Assembly: GCA_001179505.1 (NCBI GenBank) | Contig: CDMY01000453.1 | Span: 10,060 to 74,059 of the forward strand | DNA: 64,000 bases | Reading direction: 5' to 3' | From: Vitrella brassicaformis CCMP3155 | Lineage: Eukaryota; Protista; Chromerida | In this document: piece by piece, positions 45,439 to 57,472 of the stretch | How the letters are laid out: every line of letters starts with the position of its first letter | How positions within the stretch are numbered: the stretch's first letter is position 1 | Notes under the pieces: generated by a model | Seen by the model: only the letters and a program-made list of their open reading frames with translations | Database searches by the model: none | What the model was told of the DNA's origin: nothing | Made by a program: the position numbers and the translations under genes

Positions 45439-46064
45439 TTACCAGTTGTCGCCGTAGTTGCCAGCCACCTGCACACAACAAACAAAGTCGAGCGATCAAA
45501 AGATACGAAGGAAGGCTTTGTACTTTTGAGGATGGTACCGACCTTGCACCTCTTGGGATTGGACTCCGGCTTCACGTCGTTGGGGAAGCCATACACTTTC
45601 TCGTAGCATTTGGTGGCTCGGCCCAGGTGGTCCTTTTTGTCCTTGCAGTCCTCATCCTTGTCGCACGGGTTGCACGGGTCCCTGTCTGTGCACCACGGCT
45701 TCTTCTACACACACACACACACACCCACACACACACACGCAAGGCAGCTCCTGAATCGCTGTAAATCGGCGGCCTGTCAGCCCACCGGTGCGGTCGTGTT
45801 GCTCAGCAGTGGTGTCCCCCTGGAATTTCCGGCAGGGAGAGACAGCTCCTTCTCGGTGGCCTGAATGGTATGTGCCTTTGGCTCTGCACCGCACAAAGCG
45901 TGCACACACGTGCACACACATTGATTGCATGTCGGCACACTCGTGCGCACGTGCATAAATCCATCATGCCTAGTACTACCCTGCACGAGAGAGACTGCTG
46001 CCGTAGCTGTGACCGTCAGGATGATGGCCAAGGGAAGCAGTGGAGAGGGGCTGCGCTGCGCCAT
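45439..46064 (-). CDS. Small secreted cysteine-rich (pre-pro-peptide-like) protein, 4 exons
   Basis: Spliced MAQRSPSPLLPLAIILTVTATAAVSLVQG/GTYHSGHREGAVSPCRKFQGDTTAEQHDRTGGLTGRRFTAIQELPC/KKPWCTDRDPCNPCDKDEDCKDKKDHLGRATKCYEKVYGFPNDVKPESNPKRCK/VAGNYGDNW*. All introns are GT-AG with compatible phases. Confidence 0.7.
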
Positions 46065-46660
46065 CGCGAAGACGACAACGGGGTGACGAACTTGAAGAAG
46101 ACGAACTTGAAGACGGTTGGGGGGCGTCTCCTCGGCGACGCGCGTCCTGTGCGACTCGACAAAGCTGGCAGTGGAGACTCAGTGACAGTCGGTCTTCGAC
46201 TCAACAGCTCACGTACTCTCAGAGGGATCGGAACTCAGACAAAAGGAGGACGCGACACAAAACGCGAGCTCGGCTCCGCGATACCGATCGCATCACTCAT
46301 GAATCGCTATGAGTTGGTGAGCTCACATTGCCCATAACTGTACCTGCCGCATGGAGGGAGAGACATACATCAGAAGGAGGAGAGGCTGTGAAAGGTCCGC
46401 TGCGAATCGCTCACTCGTTGTCAAACATTAACATTTTCAGTGACGAACGCGTTGACAAGTGCATCACATCAGCGAGAGTCAGAGTGGCTGGCTGGCAGGG
46501 AGCAGACACACATAATCACACAATGGGAAGCAGGCAGATATATACATTCATGTGTAATTCAGAGTTGCATCGTTTTTTTTTTTCAGCGGATGCCAGAAAC
46601 AGCACACAAGAAACGATGCCTCTGAGTCATTGGAGCGATAAAGGTCTCCCTCCCTCCCTC

Positions 46661-46973
46661 GCCGTCTGTCTGTCTGTCTGTCTGTCGCTTGCTTGATACC
46701 TTCACCACACAAAACGCAGAAAGACACGCCAATCTACACATGAGTCATACTCAAGGCATCAAAGGAGAGAGAGTGCGGCCTCTGGCGCGGGGAAATACAC
46801 GAGGGCGAGACACAATCGAAATGCAGGCGCCCCGCGACACGAGTCGGCCGATGTGAAAATCGGAAACTCCCACGCCGTACATACACATGAGGATCGAATG
46901 GCCTGTGGCTGTGCGTATGTGCGGACAGGGTGTGTCGTTCAGTCGGTGATTGGTAATTTACGACAGACACACG
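46661..46973. repeat. Copy 2 of the diverged direct repeat
   Basis: See 44826-45080; same blocks in the same order, with small insertions. Confidence 0.85.
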
Positions 46974-47232
46974 TGTGGATGGATGGTGTGTGGGCCTCCG
47001 CTGGCCCTAGTAACGACCACGGCAGATCAGCATTCCGTTCAATGCTGTCACTGACCCTGCTTCCAACAATGAAGACAACGATTCAATTCAGCACATCACG
47101 TGTGTGTTATCGACAGTCATCAGATGACACGAGCGCATGCAGTCTCTTTGAGACGCACTCATACACGCAAATACCCACAGAGACCATGTGTAACCAGCCG
47201 CATGGATGGATCGCACCAATCCACCCATCCAT

Positions 47233-49110
47233 TCACCCCTCGTTGAGCAGCTCCTTGAGTCTCTCTTGGTGCGCGGCTGGCGTCGGCTCCTGGTGCTCCC
47301 TGCACACACACAGACTCGCGTGTTTGACGGGACAAATACTGAGTGCATTAGTCACCTGATCCATTGGGAGATGAGCAGCACCAGGGGGTTGGTCCACGAG
47401 TGACGCAGCCACGACGAGTCGCCGCCGGCACGCGACTTGACCGCTGCACTCTGCACCACACCCACACAAAGGCAGCCACCACACACGTGTGTACGCTATA
47501 AGCCCCTGCTCACACACTAAGTGACCTACCTGTGTGTTTGCCGTGGAGTCCCCCTGCTGCTGCTGGCGGTCTTTGTTGAGCGCCTCGATGAACTTGTCGA
47601 CATGGCCGAATCTGACCATCTTGCCGGACGCCATGTGTGCGACGTGTGTGGCCCACGCCTGCATGCCGTCAAATATGTGGGTAGCGTAGACGATCGTCAC
47701 GCGGCGCTGCACCGACTCCTCATACAAAAACTGCAGCAGCTGCACCGCGCCAACCAGAGAGAGACAGAGAGAGAACAAGTGTGTGTGTCTGGGTGTGGCT
47801 GTGTGGCTGTGTCGCTAAGGTTACGTCTTGCCGCGCCACGACGTCCAAGTCGGTGGTGATCTCGTCCAGCAGCAGCACCTGCACACACACACACACACAC
47901 ACACATAAACACACGTGTGTGTCGGTCTGGCTGGCTGGCTGTGTGAGGATGATGTAGGTACGTCGAAAGGTTTGACGAGGCCCAGCAGCAGCTGCACGCG
48001 ACGCCGCTGACCCTCAGACACCTGCACAGCACACAAGACACACATAGACACACACACACACACACACATAATACACATGCCATTCGGTGCTTGCCTGGTG
48101 CATCCTCCACTCGAGGTCAACCTGCACACGAAGATACACACATTAGTGGCCTACACGTGTGTCTGAGATTGTGTGTGTGTGGTCAATGGCTCACCCCCAG
48201 CACGTGTATGAGGTGCTTCAGCCTCTCCGTGTCCGGCACAGCAGCTCCCTTGAGCATCGACCACACAGGAAAGTCTCCCTGACACACACACAGACAAGCC
48301 CACAGACACACACGTGTCAATCAACGCCCACAGACACACACGTGTCAATCAACGCGGCCAGACACACCAGACACATCAGAGAGGCCATGGGAACCGACCT
48401 ACTCAACTCACCTGGTAGGCCACGCCGTAGCCGCAGAAGGCCACATCACGCACCCAATTGCCGCCTGCAGACATCAACACATCCATCCATCCATCCATCC
48501 ATCCATTGCAGTGTGTGTGCCAATCCACCGGTCGGCCGACCTACCTAGGTATGACACGCGCGCCTCGACCTCTCTGTCGTGGAAGGGCGACCCGCCCAGT
48601 ATCTCTATAGACGACCTACAGACACAGACAGAGAAACAGACAGACAGACACATGAGGGAACGAACAAGGACAAGACAACACCCATGTGTGGCCACGGCGT
48701 TCAGTCAGTCACCTGGGCACCATGTTCTTGCCGCCCAGCAGCCGCAGGAGGGTGCTCTTGCCTGCAGCCGTCAACGCAATTCACACACACATCCACACAC
48801 ACACACACACACGAGCCCAAAGTGTGTGAAGATCCACGCACTGGCAGACCGCGCTCACCTGCTCCATTCTCTCCCACTAACAGACACCTGCACACACACA
48901 AGCACACGACCATCATTGTGTGCAGATCTGCCATCCATGAGCTGTGACAGTGATGCCCTTCCATCTCAGCACTCCAGCAGTCACTTGCCTGTCGCCCTTC
49001 CTCAGCTGCAAAGACACATCGCGCAGCACGTGCTTGCTGCTCGCGCCATAGGCGAAGTCCAGCCCCCGGACAGCCACAGACGGCGGCCGCTCTGTTTTGT
49101 CCGAACACAT
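47233..49110 (-). CDS. Soluble single-NBD ABC ATPase, CAF16 / plant ABCI19-21-like (many short exons)
   Basis: Walker A LVGENGAG/KSTLLRLLGGK; family motif WVRDVAFCGYGVAYQ; signature VSEGQRRRVQLLLGL; Walker B VLLLDEITTDLDV; H-loop TIVYATHIFDG. No TM domain. True ATG is at 49110 (the track start 49140 is TTG). Confidence 0.9.
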
Positions 49111-49206
49111 CGATGTCACCCGTGCCCTAAGATTTGGCAAGAAAAACAGCGCTGATCTGTGCGAGCTCGGAAATCTGCGAGCTTAGCGAAAAAGAAAGAA
49201 GCAAAA

Positions 49207-50944
49207 ATGGATGAGAAGAAGGAGATGGACGAGAAACAGCAGACAGAGGCGAAGGAAGCCACGATAGCTGTTGCTGCTGCTGCTGCTGATCCTTCGGATG
49301 GTGGTGATGCGGAGAAGGCAGCGTCCGCACCCAAAGCAGCGAAAGCATCTGAGGCATCTTTCTCTCCCTCTCCCCCTCCTCATCCCCCGGGACACGCTCA
49401 CACACAAGATGACAGCAAGCGTGACGCCAGCCAGAAGCAGCAGCATCCGCAGCCAGCACAGCCTCCTGCCGAGGCTCCTCCCCTTTTCGTCAAGCCTCGC
49501 GCATTCACCAAAGGCCGAGTCCGCAAGAGAGAGCGAGACGACCACGACCAAGACCAAGACCAGAAGCAACGACCGACGACATCAGCTGGCGATGGAGATC
49601 TGGATCAGGAGCCGCACCATCAGGAGAAGGGCAGCATCGGGGAGGTGCAGATGCTGCAGCGGATGCGCGAGCGGCGGAAGGGGCTGAGTGTGGAGGTCAT
49701 GAACACTACCATGGCGAGGGAGAGGGAGGAGGAGAAAGCTGCCGAAGAGGTAGCTGGGCTGCACACACACTCGCAGCCAGACAGCCAGCCAGCCAGCCAG
49801 ACAGACAGACAGGCACGATGAACAGAATCGAACACATCACACAGACGAGAGGCTCGATGGATGGACGCTTGATATATATGTGTGTGGTGTGTGTGGTGTG
49901 TATGCCATATGTAGGAGGAGGAGCAGTACGGCCTGTTGGATCGGCAGTTTGCCAGCGCCGGGATGGGCGGGGCGGGCAGGAGAGGCAACGAGGCCATGGA
50001 CCAACACCTGTAAGCCAAGCCAACCCAAGCCATCCTCCCACCCGTCATGCTGTCGTCATTACATTGCCCTGTGTGCGTGGTGTGTGTTGTCTGTCAGCGA
50101 GGAGTTTTTGCGGGAGCGTTTGGATGTGACGGAGGACAAGGGCGATGAGGCGCCTCAGGAGAAGACGCGCGAGCAGGAGCTCTACGAGATACCCCCCGAG
50201 CTCAGGGTAAGTGGACCGTGTCTGTCGGTGCCACGCAGGCACAACACAGCTGTGCGTGTGGTTTGTGTGTTGTGTTGTGTTGTTTGACCGGACAGATCAA
50301 GGATGCGACCGAGGAGCATGCCGAGAAGATGAATTGGGTCACAGGCCTGGTCGAGGTGCCGCTGCCCATCGAGTAGGCAATGACACCGTCAAACCCACAA
50401 TACACACAGCAACCACACCAGACAGACACACGAGTGCATCTGTCTGTGTGTGATTGTGTGATTGTGTGATTGTGTGTGTGTGTGTGTTAAAGGTACAAGC
50501 TCAAGAACATCGAGGCGACAGAGAAGGCCAAGCGCGAGAAGCTGCAGCTGGGCGGACAGAGCGTCGCTGCGTCGGGACGGCCCTGGGCTCCTGCTGCTGC
50601 TGCTGGTGGTGCTGCTGCCGCTGACGGTGTGTACCCATTACCCATCCATCCACCACTCACACAACCATTTTCCACCACTGTGTGTGTGTGTTGTGTGTTG
50701 TGGCATGTGCAGCAGGTGATGAGGGTCTGGAGGTGGTGCACAAGGCGTTCGGCTCCCGCTTCTTCAACCCCCACAGACCCAAGTCACAGGTGGGTGGGTG
50801 GGTGAGTCAGTCAGTCAGGGGCACAAGACATGTGGCTATCTATCGTGTGTGTCTCCGATGTGTGTGTCTGATATGTGTGTATGTCAGATGGCGACGGACG
50901 ACCAGACGCTGGAGAGGTTTCGGAAGCGGTTCAGGGGCCGATAG
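49207..50944 (+). CDS. C9orf78: C9orf78 / Tls1 / HCA59-family spliceosome-associated protein
   Basis: Spliced motifs QRMRERRKGLSVE, ELYEIPPELR, MNWVTGLVEVPLPIE/YKLKNIEATEKAK and C-terminal MATDDQTLERFRKR* match the Hep_59 family (GI.EV.L..E.K.KNIE.TE.AK; ATDD...E.F.K). Confidence 0.88.
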
Positions 50945-51614
50945 ATAGGCTGATACATAGATTTGACTCACTCGTGAGATTGATGAGACCAGGCCGGTGG
51001 TGCAGACGGAAGAAACACTAGAAATGAGACTGGATAAGCTCCACTATCGTGGCGATTCCGTGAGCCAGGCGGGACCAAGTGGGCGAGGTGGTCATCTCCA
51101 CCCTCACCTGCATGGTCTGGACGGGCTCGTGAAGTCGCTACGATCGTGGAGTTCATCTCACTTGCAGCGAAACAACACGTGTGTGTGATGTCCTGTCTTC
51201 TTGACTTGAGTGTCTTATTGAGTACATCTACAACAGACAGACAGAAATGAGCAACAAACGGCCATGAACATGACAATCCCCAACACACAAGCAAACAGCC
51301 GGGCAGGGTTTGTTGGGTGTGTAGGGTTTTTTTTGCCACGTCACAAGCTCGCAATCGCCGGGAAGGGAAGAGTGGATTGTGGGCGTGCCTCGCGCATTCC
51401 GAAGGTCACGTGAGCCTCGTTCTCTCAGCGGCTGTCGAATAGCTCGGTCGTTTGGGCGGCCTCTTGAGTGAGAGAGAGGCTTTCCTTTGGTCCTTTGCTC
51501 GGTCGGCCTGTGAGGCGCTGGTGTGAGCCTGTGAGGAGCTCCTCTCGGTATCGGTGTGGGTCGGTACTTGTATCATTGTTTGGTGAACCGAATTCTCACT
51601 GACAGTACGATACG

Positions 51615-51935
51615 ATGGCGGCCTTCAACTGCATCTGGTGAGTGGAGTGAGCCAAGAATGGATGGGTGGGGCAACAACAACACGGACACACACACGCACG
51701 CACACGCATGGGCGTGCACATGGATGCCTTTGCTCATTGTCTGTGTGCCGTACTGTGTGTGTACATGTGTGTGATGTTTGTCACTCAGTGAGTTTTTGAA
51801 CGCGATCAACGGTCAGATTACTGCGGCGGCGGCGGCCAACTTCGACATGGTGACGGACGTGGCCACCGACGCCACCATCGAACCGCTCCCCACACAGGGA
51901 GGTAAGCAGTGACGAGAGCCGAGCCGACTACACAG

Positions 51936-51971
<36 letters not shown>

Positions 51972-52293
51972 CCTTGCCTTCGTCAACATATGATGGCGTG
52001 TGTGCGGTGTGGTCGGTGTGGCTGTGTCATTTGATTTGACCAGACACTGCTGCCGTCATGACGCCGGGCACAGTGCTGCTCACCGTGCTGCTCATCGCCT
52101 ACCTCGTGCTGACATTCCAGGTGTGTACCGCCCCGCCCCGCCCACACACGCGCGCACTGGATGGATGGATGTGTTGTGGATGTCTGTGTGTGTGTGTGTG
52201 TGTGTGCAGCGTGGCGGCTCAGGCGGGGGGAAGCCCAGCGGGGGCGGGAGGGGCACACCGCCCCCCGGGCCCTCGCCGGACCCCATATTCTAG
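51615..52293 (+). CDS. ~98-aa single-pass membrane microprotein, SMIM14 (DUF2615)-like; 4 exons
   Basis: Spliced MAAFNCIC/EFLNAINGQITAAAAANFDMVTDVATDATIEPLPTQG/DTAAVMTPGTVLLTVLLIAYLVLTFQ/RGGSGGGKPSGGGRGTPPPGPSPDPIF*. N-terminal CxC, one TM helix and a GKP..PPP tail recall SMIM14. Clean GT-AG introns. Confidence 0.55.
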
Positions 52294-52299
52294 ACACGC

Positions 52300-55197
52300 A
52301 CACACACCATCACACACACGTCACATCACATTACTCCACACCACACCGCCCCACCATGGTGGGTAGCTAGCTCGGTCCGGCTTGCTCGTTTCTCTCTCTC
52401 TCTCCCCCTCTCTCTGTCTCTCCCTACCTCTGAGTGAGTGTTTGTCCTACCTCGTTGTTATCCTGGCCGTCCTGTGCGTGCGTGTGGACGTTGTGCGATG
52501 AAATGGAATCGATGGAGTGGGATGGGATGCGGCCGGCTTCTACCGTTTTTGGCCTGGCTGCCTGGCTGGCCGGCTGGCTGGCTGGCTGGCTGCGTCATCC
52601 CATCGCGAACGACCATGAGAGTGCAAGTTTTTCTTTTGCTGTGTGCTGTCTGTCTGCCTGCCTGCCTGCCTGCCTGTCTGGCTGTGTGGCTGCATCTGCA
52701 CCTGTCCGTGCGTGGGGCGATCGTAAATACGACACACACACAGCTAGAGAGAGAGAGAGGGACAGGCGCGGAGAGAAGGAGGAGCCTTTCAGGCAGGCAG
52801 ACAGACAGGGCTGGCAGATGGGAGGCTGGTGCTCAGCACTCGGCTCACACACAAGCATAGACAGACAGAGAGACAGACAAATGGGGGTCAAATGGGACTC
52901 TCCATGTGTGTGTCAATGTGCGTGGTTCGTTCGAGACTCTGTGTGTGTGTGTGTGTGTGTGTGTCGCGCCCTACCTAATGATGATGTACAGATACTCTCT
53001 GTCCTTTGCTGTCCCGGGCGGCGCTGCTTGGCGGCGTCCGACGCCGGCAACTGGTAGACAGTGAGCAGCGGCACTTAGCCAGCCAGACTGACGGACACGG
53101 GCGCACACACACACACACACACACGGCGAACCACACACAACGGTCACAGACAGCCAGACAGACAGACAGGTGCGTCTCTCACTCACTTACCCTTGTCGAC
53201 TTGTAATATGGGATGGATGGATGGATCCAGGTGGTTGGTTTACTGTCTGGTTGTCTGTCTGCCTGCCTGCCTGCGCGTGTGTGTGGGTGTGCGTGTGTGC
53301 GTGTGTAGCGCGGGCAGTGATGCAGGGAGGGATGCGGGGAGGCGGGCAATAACGTACGACCCACGTTCCGTACGCACCGATGTGTGTTATATACCATATA
53401 TACTAACTAGTGTACAGGTGAGCGTCTGTCGAGCGTCCCTGGCATGGCTGATGTGCTGGTGGTGTGGCGGATGAGGGTATGGATGGATGGATGCGCCCTT
53501 TTTTCGTCTGCGGGTGAAAGGAATGTCCGTGTGGCGTGTAGTCCGAGAGAGAGAGAGAGAGAGAGAGAAGTTTGCCCGCACATGGACATGGGTGATGTAT
53601 GTGTTGGTGACGGTGTGATGATGGTGCCGTTGGTGTGTGGTGTTGGTGTGGACGGACCTGTCTGCCTGCCTACGTCATGTCATGATGAAGGCACACTATA
53701 TAGTCTATACGCAACCAACGGGCCCACTCCACTGGATGAGCTTAGCTCTTGTTGATGGGAACCATAAAATCACCGTCTCTTTATTTTATCGTTCCGTGAC
53801 ATCCGAGTCAGGCCGGGCAATCCATCCATACATCCACCACGCCACCCCCCCAGTCACCACCCTTTAGTTGCTTACCGTGCGACAAACGAACAGACAGACA
53901 GACAAACCAGGCAGGCTCTTCAGCACATCCAGCCACTCCATAGAAATACCCACACACGCACACGCATTGACAACAAATCTATAGACACAGGTGGACAGCC
54001 AGACAGACAGCCATGCAGCTGAGTGGGCGGGTGGAACGCCGTGAGTTTGGTTACTTATGTGTATGTATGTGTGTGTGTATGTGTGTGCATGTGTGTGAGG
54101 GGTGTGTGTGGTCCTCTGAGAGCGGTGTGTTGTGTGTGACGTATCCGGCTTGCTCACCATACCACGACAAATGATTACACACACCACGCCCCACACACAG
54201 GCGCCGCCTGCCGCAGCACCCGCCCACCTCTCGAACTCACACACACATATAATGCAGATGGATATATAAAAAACACAAACAAAGATTCAGAGGGAAAGTA
54301 ACCTCGACATTGCAATCAGTCCACACACTAACAGCCATCCATCCATCCATATGGACAGGCAGACAACAGAGAGCGGACCGTATACACACTAGAAATGAGC
54401 TGGGCGGCTCCTCCTCCCGCTGCTGCTGGTGCTGCTGCTGATAAAAGGAAAACGCAGCGAGGCCGGCAGAACAGAAAGGGAAGGAAGCTGATGCACGGCG
54501 GCACGGCTCTCTGTGTGTCTGTGTATCTCTGTGTGTCTGTGGGTCTCTGTGTCTGGGGGTAGTGGGTGCATCCTTTATCGAGAATCACTGTGTGCTGTGC
54601 TGTGCTGTGCTGTGTTCCTAGTAGGCACATTAGAAGCGATTTCCACACGCACACACATGCACACATACACTCACACACGAGGCAAAGGCACCGCAGACAC
54701 CACCCAAGGGAAAAGACAGCCAGCCATCCAGCCGTTCCACCGTGCCACCACTCTTTTTCACGTAGCCGAACGAAATAAGTATACACAAAGACATTCATTG
54801 GCGAGGAGAGGCCTCTCATTGCTAGTAGGTAGCAGAGAGAGACGCACACACACACAGTGGGAGAGAGGGTCAGGCTGAGTGTGTGTGTGTGTGTGCGGGG
54901 TGCCTTCCCTTCGCTATCACTCGGTGCGGCTGTACATGGCCCAGACACACACACATCCAGCCGTCCATCCATCCAGGCAGACAGCCAGGCACAGCCAGGT
55001 CTATAATACATCACCCACACACACCCAAACACACCATCCATCCACTCGCCCCGGCAGGCATGCAACAAATCGGCCGGGCGAAAAACGAGATGATGAAAAA
55101 GAAGACAGAGAACATCTCTCTCTCTCGCCCGCTCCGCTCCCTCTCCCCGGCAACCAATCCACAAAAGACAGACCTCCAGCTCACTCCCCCCCCCCCC
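52300..55197. repeat. Microsatellite-dense, apparently non-coding stretch ((TG)n, (AG)n, (CTGG)n, (AGAC)n, (ATCC)n)
   Basis: Dense simple repeats; ORF-track translations here are repeat-derived (CVCV, THTH, DRQT). Confidence 0.7.
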
Positions 55198-55497
55198 NNN
55201 NNNNNNNNNNNNNNNNNNNNNNNNNNNNNNNNNNNNNNNNNNNNNNNNNNNNNNNNNNNNNNNNNNNNNNNNNNNNNNNNNNNNNNNNNNNNNNNNNNNN
55301 NNNNNNNNNNNNNNNNNNNNNNNNNNNNNNNNNNNNNNNNNNNNNNNNNNNNNNNNNNNNNNNNNNNNNNNNNNNNNNNNNNNNNNNNNNNNNNNNNNNN
55401 NNNNNNNNNNNNNNNNNNNNNNNNNNNNNNNNNNNNNNNNNNNNNNNNNNNNNNNNNNNNNNNNNNNNNNNNNNNNNNNNNNNNNNNNNNNNNNNNN
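55198..55497. other. Assembly gap (300 N) flanked by poly-C
   Basis: N run read directly. Confidence 0.99.
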
Positions 55498-55609
55498 CCC
55501 CCCGCTCTCAGCTGATATGTACACAGACAGACAGAGAGAGAGTGAGACGGACAGGAAGAGAGAGAAGGAGCGAAGGATTTAGCTCTACTAGGTAGGTAGG
55601 TAACTAAGA

Positions 55610-56511
55610 CTACACCGACAGTGGGTCGAAGTGGGCGGCCTCCTCCTTGGTGGCGGTGCGGGTGGAGGGGTCGCCCTCATTCCCAGTCGTCTTGCCCGGG
55701 ATGTCGGCCGCCGGGCGCTGGGGGGCGGCCTCGGGCACCGCCTTGATCTCTGTCAGCGGACCCTCATCGGCTATCACGGGCAACTCTGACACACACACAC
55801 ACACACACAGAGGCCGTGTGCTTGTGGTGCTGCGTCTCTCTGTGTGTGTTGGGGGCGGGCCGCTGTGCATGTGTGTGTGTGTGTGTCAGGGGTTATTCTG
55901 TCAGTAAGGTTACCTTGAGCGAGGTGCTGTGCGGCCCTGTCCTGTGTGTCCTTAGTGGCGGTGAAGGCGCCCACACTGCCCAGCGAGTAGGCCAGCGTGT
56001 TGGCCACGAAGATGATGAATGCCAACATATACTGACAAATGGACAAACAGCCAGACATACACACACAGACACACACACACACACACAGGGATGACACACA
56101 AGAGGTACCTGGAAGCAGTCGCCCCCGTCGCGGATGTGGAAGAATGACTGGGCCGTCAGGCCGCTGCGGTCCTTGTAATGGTAACCAAACCCCATAGTCT
56201 GCAGAAACAAACAAACAAACAAACAAACCAACCAACCACACACACAGAGAGAGAAGCGTCTTAACATTTCCACATAAGCAAGCTTGCCTTCATCGGCTGT
56301 GCTGACGCTGACCTGTCCGGCAGTGAATACGGCCATCATGCCCGTGAGCACTGGGCCCACAGGGTGGTTGCGGAATGGACCGAAGGCACTGGCCAGCGCC
56401 ACAGCGCTGCTCACCATGAGGTTGAACGAGTGGTGGAACACAAACGGCTTGGGATCCTCGAAATTGAGAATACCTGTACAATGTGCCACATCCCCCCCTC
56501 TCCCTCTCTCT

Positions 56512-56542
<31 letters not shown>

Positions 56543-57472
56543 CTGTGTGTGTGACGCACCGAGTGCCATCAGGAAGCAGCCGGATGCGAGCGCCCACACG
56601 GAGAAGGTCCATGCGGCGCCGTTATGGGCGTCGATCCACTTGAGCGGGCCGACGATGCGGTCCGAGTACACGGCGAACAGCAGCCATACCGACGACACCA
56701 CCACAAACAGCCACGCCACGGCCGTCTGCACACACACAAAGAGAAATGGATAGGGACAGAGAGAGAGGGAGAGAGGGATGGATGGGTGTGTTACCTGCAG
56801 GATGTCCCAGCCGTCGTCATTCCAGAAGAACTGGACGTTCTGCGGGTTGTCGGACCGGGTGGCGTAGACGAGCCCGGCGCCGGCGCACTGGCCGGCGAGC
56901 ACCCAGCTCCAGGTGAGCAGGGCGATGCTCGACAGCTTGTGGTCCCGCCACGGGTGGAAATACAGCGACGTCAGGAGCATCGCCGTGATGAACAGCAGAT
57001 TGCCCCTGCACACACCACACCACACCATAGGCCGAACACACAGATATGGTGGCCATGGCGCCATGGATGGATGGATGAATGGATGCATGTGCTGCTGTCC
57101 TGCTGACCAGTGGTTTGCTTGAATCCACTGGTCGTTGCCCGCTGGGAGAAGAGACCCCACCCCACACACACATAACACCCAGAGATGACCACATGCATCC
57201 CATGATCCGAATCTCATGCCACACGCATACCCTCGATGGGGTCGTTCTCCGTAGTGGGCACAAAGCTGCTATCGACGTCCCAGTCGTTAAGGGTCAGCAT
57301 GCCCGCCACCAGCAGCAGCGCGATGAACAGGCCCGTACCCGCCATCCAGCAGATGACCTGTGTACACGCATCAGGCAGGCAACCACATCTCACACCCCTA
57401 AGGATGATGCGGTGATGATCCACAAACGAATCTCACATGGTTGCGCTGAGACTTTGGGATGGTCTTGCTCAT
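55610..57472 (-). CDS. Multi-pass (about 7-8 TM) membrane protein of unknown family, ~10 exons
   Basis: Spliced MSKTIPKSQRNH/VICWMAGTGLFIALLLVAGMLTL.../GNLLFITAMLLTSLYFHPW..LLTWSWVLAGQCAGAGLVY../TAVAWLFVVVSSVWLLFAVY..AAWTFSVWALASGCFLMAL/..FHHSFNLMVSSAVALASAF..VLTGMMAVFTAG../..QSFFHIRDGGDCFQ/YMLAFIIFVANTLAYSLG..HFDPLSV*. Confidence 0.7.

Noticed and set aside
52400-55197. Isolated AG...GT-bounded minus-strand micro-exons (e.g. ~53055-52977) suggesting a hidden gene
   Set aside because: No consistent reading frame or recognisable protein could be assembled, and the region is truncated by a gap.
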